DNA of 64,000 bases, from IMG/VR virus record IMGVR_UViG_3300037297_000231, positions 44 through 64,043 of that record; one strand, written 5' to 3'. The first letter of the stretch is position 1; every line of letters begins with the position of its first letter. The notes beneath the pieces were generated by a model that searched no databases, was not told the origin of the DNA, and saw only the letters and a list, made by a program, of their open reading frames with translations. Of this stretch, positions 50,146 through 60,927 are shown one piece after another. This stretch comes from a virus (taxonomy: Duplodnaviria; Caudoviricetes). The translations under genes were made by a program, and so were the position numbers.

Positions 50146-51368
50146 ATAGTGAATATTGTTTATTAGGTATAGTTTTAAACAATCAAGAATTATTTCCAAA
50201 GATAATAAAAAATATATTTCTTAATACCAAATGTAACGAACTTTATAATATTTTGAGTATGGAATGGAAACGGTCAAAAGGTTTTACAAAAGAGAACGTA
50301 TTAGAATTAATTAAAAATAATACAAAGATTAATGAAGATGATTTTTATGAAATTTATGACAGTGCTTTATATTATGATCAATTTGATCAATATTATAATT
50401 TTGTAATGTCTAATTGGGCAGTTATATATTCGGACAAAAAGATAAAAGAATTAAGATTATCTAAATATACATCTATTGTGGATGTTAAGATAGAATTACA
50501 AAAAATTATACATGATCTTTCTATCGATGATGAAAAAGAGATTAAACATAGCCAAGATACAGCGTTGAAAATAATAACAGATATTGGCCAAGGGAAACAG
50601 ATAAAATTAATAAAAAGCCATATCAAATATATAGATAATTATGGAGGGCTAGAAAATGGAGATTTAATTATAATTGCCGCTAGGCCTGCAATTGGTAAAA
50701 GTAGCAGAATATATAATATGATGATTAAGGATATTAATTTTAATATTTTTTCAGTATTATTCACATTAGAAGCATCAAAAGAAAAGGTTTTACGATTGAT
50801 GGGGTGTATTGCAAGTGGTGTTGATAGTACAAAATTAAGATTAAATAAATTGAATGATCAAGAAAAAAAAACATATATTGAAGGATATAATAAAATATAT
50901 GATAATCTCCCAATTATTGATGATAGTGTTACAATGTTAGAAAGCATTAAAATAAGATCAAAAATAATGAAAGATAAATATGATATTAAAAAAATATATA
51001 TAGATTATCTAGGTCTTATTGAAACTAATGAAGGCAGAAATAGGTATGAGAAAGTATCATTTATAAGCCGGGAATTGAAAAAACTTGCAATGGATTTAGG
51101 AATTCCGATTATAGCGTTACATCAGCTTAACAGGGCTTCAGAATCAAGATCAGATAATAGACCTCGCATGTCAGATTTAAGAGATAGTGGAAGTATAGAG
51201 CAAGACGCAGACGGAATTATTTTATTAAATCAAATTATTAATGATATGAATACTAAAGACGAAGTTGTTTTAGAACATATTATTGAGAAATTCAGAGAAG
51301 GGGCAACAGGGATCTCTAAAAGTATTTTTCAAAAAAATACACGGAGGATTAAAGATTGGACAGACTAA
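50136..51368 (+). CDS. dnaB: Replicative DnaB-like helicase
   Basis: IAARPAIGKS, IDYL.L, SRELK.LA, QLNR, P.MSDLRDSGSIEQDAD, K.REG motifs. Confidence 0.93.
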   Translation: MALNSEYCLLGIVLNNQELFPKIIKNIFLNTKCNELYNILSMEWKRSKGFTKENVLELIKNNTKINEDDFYEIYDSALYYDQFDQYYNFVMSNWAVIYSDKKIKELRLSKYTSIVDVKIELQKIIHDLSIDDEKEIKHSQDTALKIITDIGQGKQIKLIKSHIKYIDNYGGLENGDLIIIAARPAIGKSSRIYNMMIKDINFNIFSVLFTLEASKEKVLRLMGCIASGVDSTKLRLNKLNDQEKKTYIEGYNKIYDNLPIIDDSVTMLESIKIRSKIMKDKYDIKKIYIDYLGLIETNEGRNRYEKVSFISRELKKLAMDLGIPIIALHQLNRASESRSDNRPRMSDLRDSGSIEQDADGIILLNQIINDMNTKDEVVLEHIIEKFREGATGISKSIFQKNTRRIKDWTD

Positions 51369-51956
51369 CATATTTAAAAAATAAAGTTATATATTATGGT
51401 TCATTAATGAAATTAGAATGTCCCTATTGCAAAAAGAAATATTTAGTAGAAAATAAAACACAAAATATGATTTGTGGAAGATGTAAAAAAAAGATATATT
51501 TTTATAAAAAGACTATTTCAGGATATGGTAACAGTATTGCCGGAATGGTTATGAATTGCAATGATGAAATGATACATGTACGAGCAATTAAATTGATAAA
51601 AAAAATGAAATTGATGAATGATAAAGAAAGGCAAGATTTTTTTAGTAGTTAATAAATAGATATAGCAGGTTTCCTCCTCAAAGATTTAACTGCTATTATC
51701 TAATTTTATAAGTGAGGGGGTTTTTTAAAGACTTTCCCCCTCACAATTTTAATTAAGGATTCCAGCTAGGCATTTAACAAAAGGGATAAGTTGAAAAATA
51801 AAAAAAGTGTATTATAATATTATATAAGGAGTGATATATGAAAAACAGAAAAATATATTATAAAGGTATTTGGATGGATGAATTTCCTTCATTAAAAGTA
51901 ATGAAATTATTTAACAAGATAATAAAAAAATATTTTAAAAATAAATTATAATTAAA

Positions 51957-52111
51957 TAGGCAGAGTGGCGGAATAGGTAGACGCTTAGTTGGGAACTGCA
52001 TATGATTGGCTATCTTTAAATGCAAGTGTCATGCAAGGTGACTATACGAATTACAGGAAACGCCACGCTATCGTGGAGCAGTTACTTTCGGCAAATCCTT
52101 GCCTCTGCCTA
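51957..52111 (+). ncRNA. tRNA-like RNA with non-canonical anticodon region and an insertion of about 50 nt in the T-loop
   Basis: TAGGCAGAG/CTCTGCCTA acceptor, D-arm TGGCGGAATAGGTAGACGC, T-stem GCAAGG/CCTTGC split by the insert. Confidence 0.65.
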
Positions 52112-53145
52112 TTATATAAAAAGGATATAGTATGTTAAGATGGGTAAAAATATTTTTTAGAAGATTATTTAAAAGGCTTATAAATGCATTTAATTTAAAA
52201 GAAATTTGGACTTGGGAATATGAATCTTGTGTTGATTGTGGAAAATGTTATAGATTATTTTATCATTTACAGAATGAAATATGGAATAAAATAGCTCCAG
52301 ATAACATATGTTTATGCATAGACTGCTTAATAAAGAGAGCTAATAAAAGTAAAATAATACTTAAGTTAGAATATTTTGAAAGTATAGATATTTTGTATAT
52401 TAAGGAGTAATAGTATGTTAAAAAATATAATCGAAAAAAGGATAGATCATTTAAGGAATTTATTTTATAAAAATGAAGAATTAAGTGATTATGAAGTAAG
52501 AAAAAATGAAGAAATAGACATTAGAATAAATGAATGTCAGCAATTATGGTTAATGCTCAAAAAAGAAGCAGAATTACAGGAAGAAATGGCTGAGGCTTTG
52601 ATTTTTTTTATTAATTCAGCTTGTTTTGAATGCCCAAAAGAAGAAGACAATGAAGGTAATGAAATTAAAAATTGTAAAGATTGCAATATATTAAAGTATA
52701 TTGATTTAATCGAAAAATATTACAATAAAAAATGGGAAGAAATAATAAAGGATGGTGAATAATATGGAAATAAAGATCAATTATAAATATAAAATAGGAC
52801 AAGTAATTTTTTTTATGTATGAAAATGAAATTAGAAGGGGAATTATATCGCAGAGAAATATATGGGTCAATTCTAAACAATTAGAAACACATCTTACTAG
52901 AAAAATAATAAATAAACTTATAAAGATATTTGATAAAGATTATCCGAATGACATTTCTATTAAGTATGAGGTTGATTTGGTGTCAAGAGGAGGAGATTTT
53001 GAATCTTCTCCACATATATTGAAAGAATATGAAATATTTTCAGATATGGAATCTATTTTAGAATTTTTGAGAAATAATTAAATGAAAGAAAAAGAAGGTC
53101 ATTATTATATATGTGCAAAATGCGAGTGTTATTTGGAGAGAAAAA

Positions 53146-54006
53146 ATGGGTAGAGATTATATGGCTAGAAAATCAAAAGATGATATGTATGAGACTCCTT
53201 ATATTTTAACTAGAAAATTGATGGAATTAGAAATATTTAATCTTGATAAATATGTAGGCGAGGTCGCATGTGGCAAGGGTGCTATAGTTGATATTTTGAA
53301 AGAATATTTTTCTGTTGTTGATTTCTATGATAAATATATTTCATTCTCGGATGGCATAACAAAAGATTTTTTAAAAGAAAATAAAAAATATGATATAATA
53401 ATTACAAATCCACCCTTCAGTTTATTTGATGCTTTCGTAATGAAAGCAAAGGAAGTAGTAAAAGATAAATTCGCCTTTATTGCAAGAACTAATTATTTCG
53501 GGGCCTACAAAAGAAATAAAAACGGAATATGGAAGCATTTAAGAGAAATACATATTTTTAACAGAATGGTTGATTATAGATATCCTTTACGAGAGGACGG
53601 AAAGTTTTATTGCGGTGGGATTGTAACTGGGTGGTTTATATGGGATATGTCCTGGAATAAAAATTATTGGAAAACTTATATTATGGATGTCCAGGAATAT
53701 GCAATAAGTGGGAAACAGGAAAAAATTATGGAGGATGAAATGAAAATTAATTACGATAAAATAAACATAGAAGCTCATAGAATGGGTATATCACCTTTTT
53801 TACTGGTAAAAAGAAAATATCATTATCGATTAGCAAAAAATGAAAATAAATGCTATAATTGCGTTAATATGCAACATATGAACTTTCATGATGGAGAGAA
53901 AGTAAAAATGCAATGTGCTTTTATTGGTGAAAGTAAAACAGATAGGCATGCAGATATAGATTATAATCATACCTGTGATGCCTTTAAAAAGCAATTAACC
54001 GAATAA
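53146..54006 (+). CDS. DNA N6-adenine methyltransferase with a fused Cys-rich C-terminal domain
   Basis: D.YETP, E.ACG.G, DFL, IITNPPF, WF.W motifs. Confidence 0.75.
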   Translation: MGRDYMARKSKDDMYETPYILTRKLMELEIFNLDKYVGEVACGKGAIVDILKEYFSVVDFYDKYISFSDGITKDFLKENKKYDIIITNPPFSLFDAFVMKAKEVVKDKFAFIARTNYFGAYKRNKNGIWKHLREIHIFNRMVDYRYPLREDGKFYCGGIVTGWFIWDMSWNKNYWKTYIMDVQEYAISGKQEKIMEDEMKINYDKINIEAHRMGISPFLLVKRKYHYRLAKNENKCYNCVNMQHMNFHDGEKVKMQCAFIGESKTDRHADIDYNHTCDAFKKQLTE

Positions 54007-54033
54007 GGTTAAAATAAATAAACGGAGGAATAT

Positions 54034-54357
54034 ATGAAATATTTTTTAATGGGATTGGGAATTTTAATATTTTTGATTATTTTAGGTTTTGGATTAGATT
54101 TATTAGGGTTACATTGGTATAAATTTATTCAACCTAAAAAAGAAGCTGCAAGGCGTGAAGTATTTTTAAATACCAGATCATATAATGAAGGCATGATTCA
54201 AAATTTAATAAAATATAAACATGAATATGATTTAGGTAATGATGATGAAAAAAAGATTATAACAAATACTATACGTCATATGTATGCAGAGTTTGATGAA
54301 AGTAAATTAAATCCTGAGTTGAGGGATTTTTTAAAAAAAATAAAATATGGAGAATAA
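54034..54357 (+). CDS. Membrane-anchored conserved phage protein
   Basis: N-terminal TM; RREVF.NT.SY.EG motif; paired with the following lipoprotein. Confidence 0.6.
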   Translation: MKYFLMGLGILIFLIILGFGLDLLGLHWYKFIQPKKEAARREVFLNTRSYNEGMIQNLIKYKHEYDLGNDDEKKIITNTIRHMYAEFDESKLNPELRDFLKKIKYGE

Positions 54358-54358
54358 A

Positions 54359-54868
54359 ATGAAAAAGATTTTATTTTTATTAGTTATTATTGGAGTTTTA
54401 TTATTTAGTTTTAATTGTAAAGAGAGCACTCCTGACGCAGAGAAAGATCAACAAGATAAAACAAAAGACCTTTTAAAAGAAGCGAATGCTCAATTAGGGT
54501 TACCAGCGATTAAAAATTTTCAGGAGAAAAAATTAGCAAAAATGATATTTGAATTAAGAGATCAAGAAGATTTGATATGTTATGCTTATCTTGTAAATAA
54601 AATGACAGGAAGATTAGTATTTTTAGGAAAATGTGTTGGTTTTGGATTGCCTTATAGTGTGCAATATACAAATCCAGAACAACAAATAGATGATCCTAAT
54701 GGTAATTATGAAGCTGGAAGTAATGTTTTACCTCAAGCAGATCCAAATGGTTTATATATGCCAGAAGGTTTAAGTGCTACATGGTTAATGATGATTGATT
54801 CTAGAGGAGAAGCAAGACCCGTTTATGTAGAACCAGAAATTGTTGTTTCTCCATTTCCATTACATTAA
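54359..54868 (+). CDS. Lipoprotein
   Basis: Lipobox LFSFNC; G.GLPY..Q.TNP, PQADPNGLY.P, P.YVEP...VSPF.L motifs. Confidence 0.65.
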   Translation: MKKILFLLVIIGVLLFSFNCKESTPDAEKDQQDKTKDLLKEANAQLGLPAIKNFQEKKLAKMIFELRDQEDLICYAYLVNKMTGRLVFLGKCVGFGLPYSVQYTNPEQQIDDPNGNYEAGSNVLPQADPNGLYMPEGLSATWLMMIDSRGEARPVYVEPEIVVSPFPLH

Positions 54869-55329
54869 TTAACTTTTTAAGTTAAAATAAATTTAAGGAG
54901 AAAAAAAATGAATACATTTGATGGAGTTTTTGAATTATTTGATTTATCTGTAAGACGGCTTGCAAATGGGAATAAATTAAGAGTAGTCTTAGAATGCCAG
55001 GAAGACTTAGACGTTGAAAGAGAGTTGATTGAATTTAGGGGTGACAATGTAAAAGTTAAGATTACACAAAAAATACCACCAGAAAATCAAAAAGATATAA
55101 TAGTTGTAGATAGTGTGTTTGAAGTATTTGATATTAAATTCAGACGCTTAAGAAATGGCGATAAGTTAAGTTTGATCTTGGAACAATTGTATGATAAAGA
55201 AAAAGAAATTGATTTAGTTAAACTTAGATATAATGATGTAAGTCTTTTCATGGAAAAAATCAATGAAGAATTATTTGATGGTAAAGATGATGTCGGGCCA
55301 GAAATTGAAGATCCTGAAGGAGAAAAATA

Positions 55330-55719
55330 ATGGCTAAAGATTTGAATCATGTTGTTTTAATCGGAAGATTAGTTAAACCACCAGAAATTAAGTACACCAG
55401 CTCAGGTAAGGCAGTTGCAAAGTTTTCTATAGCAAATAATGACAGTTATACTCAAGGGGATGAAAGAAAAGAATATGCTAACTTTTTTGATATTACTGTA
55501 TGGAATAATCAAGCAATCAATTGTGAGAAATACCTTAAAAAAGGTAGCCAGGTTGCTATTAATGGAGTTCTAAGACAAAATAGATGGCAGGATAAAACAT
55601 CCGGGCAGACAAGATCAAAGATTGAAATAACAGCAAATTCAGTGCAATTTTTATCGTCAGCATCTAAAAGCAAAGATGTGGAAGATTCATCTTCAAATGA
55701 TGATGATGTCCCATTTTAA
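55330..55719 (+). CDS. ssb: Single-stranded DNA-binding protein
   Basis: N.V.LIGRL, YT.SG.AVA.F, KGSQV...G.L, acidic DDVPF tail. Confidence 0.95.
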   Translation: MAKDLNHVVLIGRLVKPPEIKYTSSGKAVAKFSIANNDSYTQGDERKEYANFFDITVWNNQAINCEKYLKKGSQVAINGVLRQNRWQDKTSGQTRSKIEITANSVQFLSSASKSKDVEDSSSNDDDVPF

Positions 55720-55731
55720 TAGGAGGCAACT

Positions 55732-56253
55732 TTGAATATAATAAGCATTGATAGTGCGAAGGCACATATAGGCATTTATATTAAGACTAATAAAGAATAT
55801 CATGAGACGATTACAACTACAAAATTGAATAATGATAATGAGAAGTATCAACATATTTATATTAGAATAACTGATTTATGCTTGGACAATAAAATTGAAG
55901 TTGCCTTTTTAGAGGATTATCCTTTTTCAATTGGTAATTCCAGATCAATAACTGCATTGGCTGAAGTAAAAGGAATTATATTGTTAGCTTTATATAATCA
56001 GAATATTAAAATCATTAAGGTTAATCCTTCGACCTGGCAGGCAATGGTTAAATTAGAACTGCCAAAAAAACAAAAGGCGAAGGTCTACATTGAAGCAGTT
56101 AATAAGTTCTATAATAAATCTTTTGAATCGACCGATGAATGCGATGCCTATATGATGTTAATATCAATGTATTATATTTATAAAGGAGTTGTTAAAACCG
56201 ATAGCCATTTGAAACTTCAAAAGAAAATGATGGCTGTCGGTGATATTTTTTAG
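55732..56253 (+). CDS. RuvC-like Holliday junction resolvase
   Basis: ISID, LED, L.EVKG, P..W, DE.DA catalytic pattern. Confidence 0.75.
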   Translation: MNIISIDSAKAHIGIYIKTNKEYHETITTTKLNNDNEKYQHIYIRITDLCLDNKIEVAFLEDYPFSIGNSRSITALAEVKGIILLALYNQNIKIIKVNPSTWQAMVKLELPKKQKAKVYIEAVNKFYNKSFESTDECDAYMMLISMYYIYKGVVKTDSHLKLQKKMMAVGDIF

Positions 56254-56404
56254 AAGATGGAATGAATGATATGAAACTTAATTTAGTGAAATGCAAAGAG
56301 TGTTCAAAGGAAATTCCAGATACTTTTATAAAAGATACTGATGGTTTATGTTTTGAATGTATCAGAAAAAAATTTGAAAAAAATGAAAAAAAAGAAGAAA
56401 ATAA

Positions 56405-56520
56405 TTGAAAAATTTGAAAATTGAGTTATACTTATTAATAGATCGAAGATAAGGAAGGCTTTAGTAAAAGAGTTTAAACCGGCTTACTTCGATCGGCCGG
56501 CTCTTTTATTAAAGCCTTTC
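56405..56520 (+). ncRNA. Leader RNA element E4 with promoter
   Basis: TTGAAA-16-TATACT; GATCGAAG 56441-56448 is complementary to CTTCGATC 56487-56494 in the loop of hairpin 56454-56519. Confidence 0.65.
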
Positions 56521-58542
56521 ATTGTCTGTAATGGACGGCAGGGGGATATTAAGAAAGAGGAGTAATTATGAATATTAATTTGCAAGAAATAAAAGAAAAA
56601 TATCCAAAATGTTATAATAAATTATTAAATGAGATAAATCAAGACAAGGTAGGTTGTAAGAATGGCGTAAAATATATTTTTGATACTATTTGCTATTGTG
56701 ATCTTGAAAAGTTCTTTGATGATAATGGGTATAGAATATATTATACCTCAGATAATCGATACGATATATCAAAATATAATGAGTATGATATATTAAAAAG
56801 TATTTTTATAAGTGAAGTAATAGACAAGTTAATTATAAAACAACAAGCAATTCTAAAAGCCTTTGAAATATTAGAACAACAAATTAAGGAGTAATTATGA
56901 CATTAAAAGAAAAAATTGAAGAAGAAATAAAAAAAATAAATAAGCCTCATATTGATGGTGGTTATATTCAGGGTAAAGTTGATGCTTTACGATGGGTATT
57001 ATCCGAACTTAAAAATATGACCTGTGAGAATTGTAAAGATAATAATATTTGCGGAAGATATATTAGACAAAAATATGGAACTTGTAAAGTGACCTATTGT
57101 AGTGAATGGGAAGAGAAATGATAAACTTAGAAGTAAAGAATATCATGTTTTTTATTGATGAAGTATTAGATCATCACTATAAGCATACAAAAATAGAAAT
57201 AATAGACAAGGTAATTATAACCCTTAGCAATATAAAGGGGGAAGAAATGAAATTAAATGAAGAAATGGGGAAAGAATTTAATAGAATAGATAATTATATA
57301 TTTAACTGTAATCAAGCGATTGAATATAAAATTTTTTGTGAAAAATATATTCCTAAAGTCGAGATATTAGAAAAACAAAACAAAAACACAACAGAAAATC
57401 TTATAAGAGCCAAACAAATATTATCAGAGTTAAGAGAACAACTGGAGTATGAACAAAAACAAAACGAACAATTACAAAAAGAGAAAAATAGATATAAAGA
57501 AGGCATGTTAAATTATAAGTCAATAGGGAAAGATTATATTAAGCAAAATAAAAAGCTCCACCAAGAAAAAAAGGAATTGATACTATATAAGAAGATAGTA
57601 ACTATTTTAGAAGGAAGTTATTATAATTGTCAGGGTTGTAGTATAAATACACCAGATATATTATTAAAAGATTTAATTTTAGATATTAAAAAACAATTAT
57701 TATCAAAAATTAAGGAGTAAATAAATGATAGAAAAATTAGAAATAAATATATGGGATAACAATGATTATAAAATTACAAAACAAAGAATAAACAAAATAA
57801 TAGACTGGATACAAGAACATAATTTAGATAATTGCCATGTAAATAATGGAGTAATATTAGGAGAATTCTCTGGTTTTAATAATGAACAGCAAGATTCGAA
57901 ACTTAAAGAATGCTTAGATTGCAATAACCATAATACTATAATTTGCGAGTCTTGTCAGAATAATGCAATGTTCAAGAAAATTCAAAAACCAAAAGTAGAA
58001 AACATAAACGTTGATGACATGTATATTGCAGAAAAGAAAATTGATAAGTTGAAAGAGGCTTACGCTTATCAATATATAGTTTATAAAGCAAAAGCTTTAC
58101 CTCTTAATGAAGAAGTTGTATTATTTGAAAAATATAAAGAAGAAATTGATTTATTTAAACAGGCAATCGAACAAGTAATAAAAGAGAAAGAAAAGGAAAT
58201 TGAAGACTATAAACAACAAAAATATGATTTAATTGATGATAATTATGAATTGAATAGAAAAAATATTGAATTGAAACAATTAAAACAAAAAAAGCCACCT
58301 AGAAAATGTATTGAATGGCTAAAAAGATATGATTGCAGCGAATGTGCAAATGAATTACTTAATTTTTTTGGAGAAAATTAAATGAAAAAAATTGTAATAT
58401 GTTTGATTTTATTGCTTATTTTTTGTATAATTATATTAGGAATGTATTTAAAACATGATTTTAAAGTTATATTGGGATGTTTAATTATTGGCAATATTTT
58501 AATTGCTGGTATATATTTATATAGAATAATAGGAGGTACAAA

Positions 58543-59232
58543 ATGAGAAAACTTTTTATTCTATTAGTTATTATTTTTACTGTGTTTTCATGCACAGAAA
58601 ACGGAACTTCAGGTGGTGGGACTGGTAGTTCTGGAAGTTCAAAAAGTAGTGAAGTTATTGATGAAAATATAGTTTGTGATAAGTCTTTGAAAGTATTGCC
58701 TATCGACAAGCCAATAGCAATGATTATCAAAGAACACTTATCATTCGGAAGAAAACTTTACGCTGTATATCCAGCAAGGGTTGATCCTGTAACTGCATTA
58801 GAAAATTATACTTACGATGGTGTTTATTACGCACAGAATACACATGATTATGAAACATCAGTTAAGTATGATGTAATTGAAACATTTGATACTATTACAG
58901 AAATGGCAAAGAAAGGCGTAATTGTTGCGCCTCAAATACTAACAGCAAAATTTAGAGTAACTCTTACTCATTATTCAGAAAATAGTAATGCACTGTATGT
59001 TTATGTGAGAGCAAAAGGAAGCTCTGATGAATGGAAAACTATAATCTTAGGCGGTGTTGGTACTAATTACGTGTATGTTGAAACTAATGCAACTGGTGAA
59101 CTTGAGTATTATGTAGAGGAAAGTTCGTTCAGAGATTGGATAGATGACGAAACAGCAGAGCCGGGAGTTCATGTGTGGGGGTTCGTAGAAGCTAATATTG
59201 AAATCGAACAAGTATATTTACCTTTTAAATAA
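58543..59232 (+). CDS. Lipoprotein with a Gly/Ser linker and beta-rich domain
   Basis: Lipobox TVFSC, AGGAGG RBS, own terminator. Confidence 0.7.
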   Translation: MRKLFILLVIIFTVFSCTENGTSGGGTGSSGSSKSSEVIDENIVCDKSLKVLPIDKPIAMIIKEHLSFGRKLYAVYPARVDPVTALENYTYDGVYYAQNTHDYETSVKYDVIETFDTITEMAKKGVIVAPQILTAKFRVTLTHYSENSNALYVYVRAKGSSDEWKTIILGGVGTNYVYVETNATGELEYYVEESSFRDWIDDETAEPGVHVWGFVEANIEIEQVYLPFK

Positions 59233-59244
59233 TAATTAAATTTT

Positions 59245-59269
59245 AGCCTGTTGAAAGATACAGGCTTTT
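59245..59269 (+). terminator. Intrinsic terminator
   Basis: AGCCTGT/ACAGGCT followed by Ts. Confidence 0.65.
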
Positions 59270-59284
59270 ATTGAAGGATTATTT

Positions 59285-59839
59285 ATGGAAGCATGGAAAG
59301 ATATTGATTTAACTAATTTTGGTGGTGAAGATTATACTGGATTATATGAATTAAGTAATTCTGGTAAAATTAGAAGCTTAGAAAGAATGCAATGGAATGA
59401 ATTAACAAAAAGAGTTATTGTTTTGAAAGAAAGAATATTAAAAAATAAATTATCACATGAATATCATAGAATTCAATTATGTAAGAATGGGGATATAAAA
59501 AACTATCAGGTTCATAGATTAGTAGGGTTTTTATTTGTGCCTAATCTAGAAAATAAACCTCAAATAAATCATAAAGATGGCGTTAAGTTAAATAATTGGG
59601 ATTGGAATCTTGAATGGTCTACGGGTAGTGAAAATCAAAAACATGCTTTTAAAACAGGGTTACGAAATAATAGAGGTGAAAATCATTCACAGCATAAATT
59701 AAAAGAAAAGGATATTTTAAAAATTAGGGAATTATATAAAACTGGTAAATATAGATATATAGATTTAGCAGATATATTTAAAATTAGTTGGGCTAATATC
59801 GCTTGTATTGTTACTAAGCGATCTTGGAAACATATTTAA
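59285..59839 (+). CDS. NUMOD4-HNH homing endonuclease
   Basis: E.WKDI...Y.GLYE.SN.G.IRS, VHRLV...F.PN.ENKPQINHKDG.K.NN...NLEW.T.SEN.KHA. Confidence 0.9.
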   Translation: MEAWKDIDLTNFGGEDYTGLYELSNSGKIRSLERMQWNELTKRVIVLKERILKNKLSHEYHRIQLCKNGDIKNYQVHRLVGFLFVPNLENKPQINHKDGVKLNNWDWNLEWSTGSENQKHAFKTGLRNNRGENHSQHKLKEKDILKIRELYKTGKYRYIDLADIFKISWANIACIVTKRSWKHI

Positions 59840-59943
59840 AAACAAGGGATAAGGAGTTCCAAGATGGCATTTATTTTATTACTTATTTTTAGCAATTTTT
59901 TTATGATAATTCCTTTTAATAATTTTTCTCCTTATCCCTTTTG

Positions 59944-60095
59944 TTATACAAGCAGAATGGCGGTGATGGCGATGTTAATTCCGTTATATTATGATATCTA
60001 ATTATAAACATGCTAAATGACATCCAAAATTATATGTTGAGTCGACTAGGCATATATAGAGCTATAAGTCTTCGGGCTTATATCTGCTTGTATAA
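59944..60095 (+). ncRNA. Unassigned multi-stem structured RNA
   Basis: 13-bp closing stem TTATACAAGCAGA/TCTGCTTGTATAA, internal stems, C(UUCG)G tetraloop hairpin. Confidence 0.5.
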
Positions 60096-60927
60096 TTTAT
60101 ATAAGGAGTTGAATTATGAAGGCAAAATATGAAGAAAAATTTATTGTTATAAATAAAAAAATATTTGAGGAGATTAACTCTAGTAATGGCAATAATCCTA
60201 AGAATATATTTGATGAAGATTTTTTATCAGTAAAACTTTTTAAAATTGCTTTAGAAAATTTAGTGGATGATTATGAAAGAAGAATGAAAAAGCCCTTATT
60301 AAATAAATATTATGTATGTAATCAAGATGAGCCGTATGCAAAAAAAGTTATTGATATTATTTTAAAGGGTGAAGCTGAAAAGCAAAAATAAAACTTGTAA
60401 TAAAAACAAAATTAACGTATAATAAACAACAATGTTAGAACAACTAGCACATATCAAACAAAATAATCAAATCACAAATATAAGTAAAGAAGTTTGTTTC
60501 AATTGCTATAAAGATATTTTATCTTTTTATAGTATTCTTTTAAAAAGAATGAGTAAAGGTGAAAGTGTTTATAATAATTGCCACAAATGTGGTAAATATG
60601 AAAAAACAATTATTGAGGATTAAAATGGAAATAAAAGATTTATATCCTGGTAAAGAAGTTATGGTAAGAAGGCATGAAAATGAAACATGGTTTTTACATT
60701 GGTATAAATATACATCAAAAAAGGGTTTTCATACAGAAGAATACGGGAAAATACCTTTTAGATATATTGCAGATAAAGATAAATATAAAAATTGGGGAAA
60801 GTTAGGGCATGTTGAAGGCGAAATAGATTTTAAAAGTAAGGAATGTAAGAATCAAATAAAAGAATTAAAAAAGGCATTTAAAGATTTATGGTAAAATTAA
60901 ATCACAATACATTTTTAGAGGGAATAA

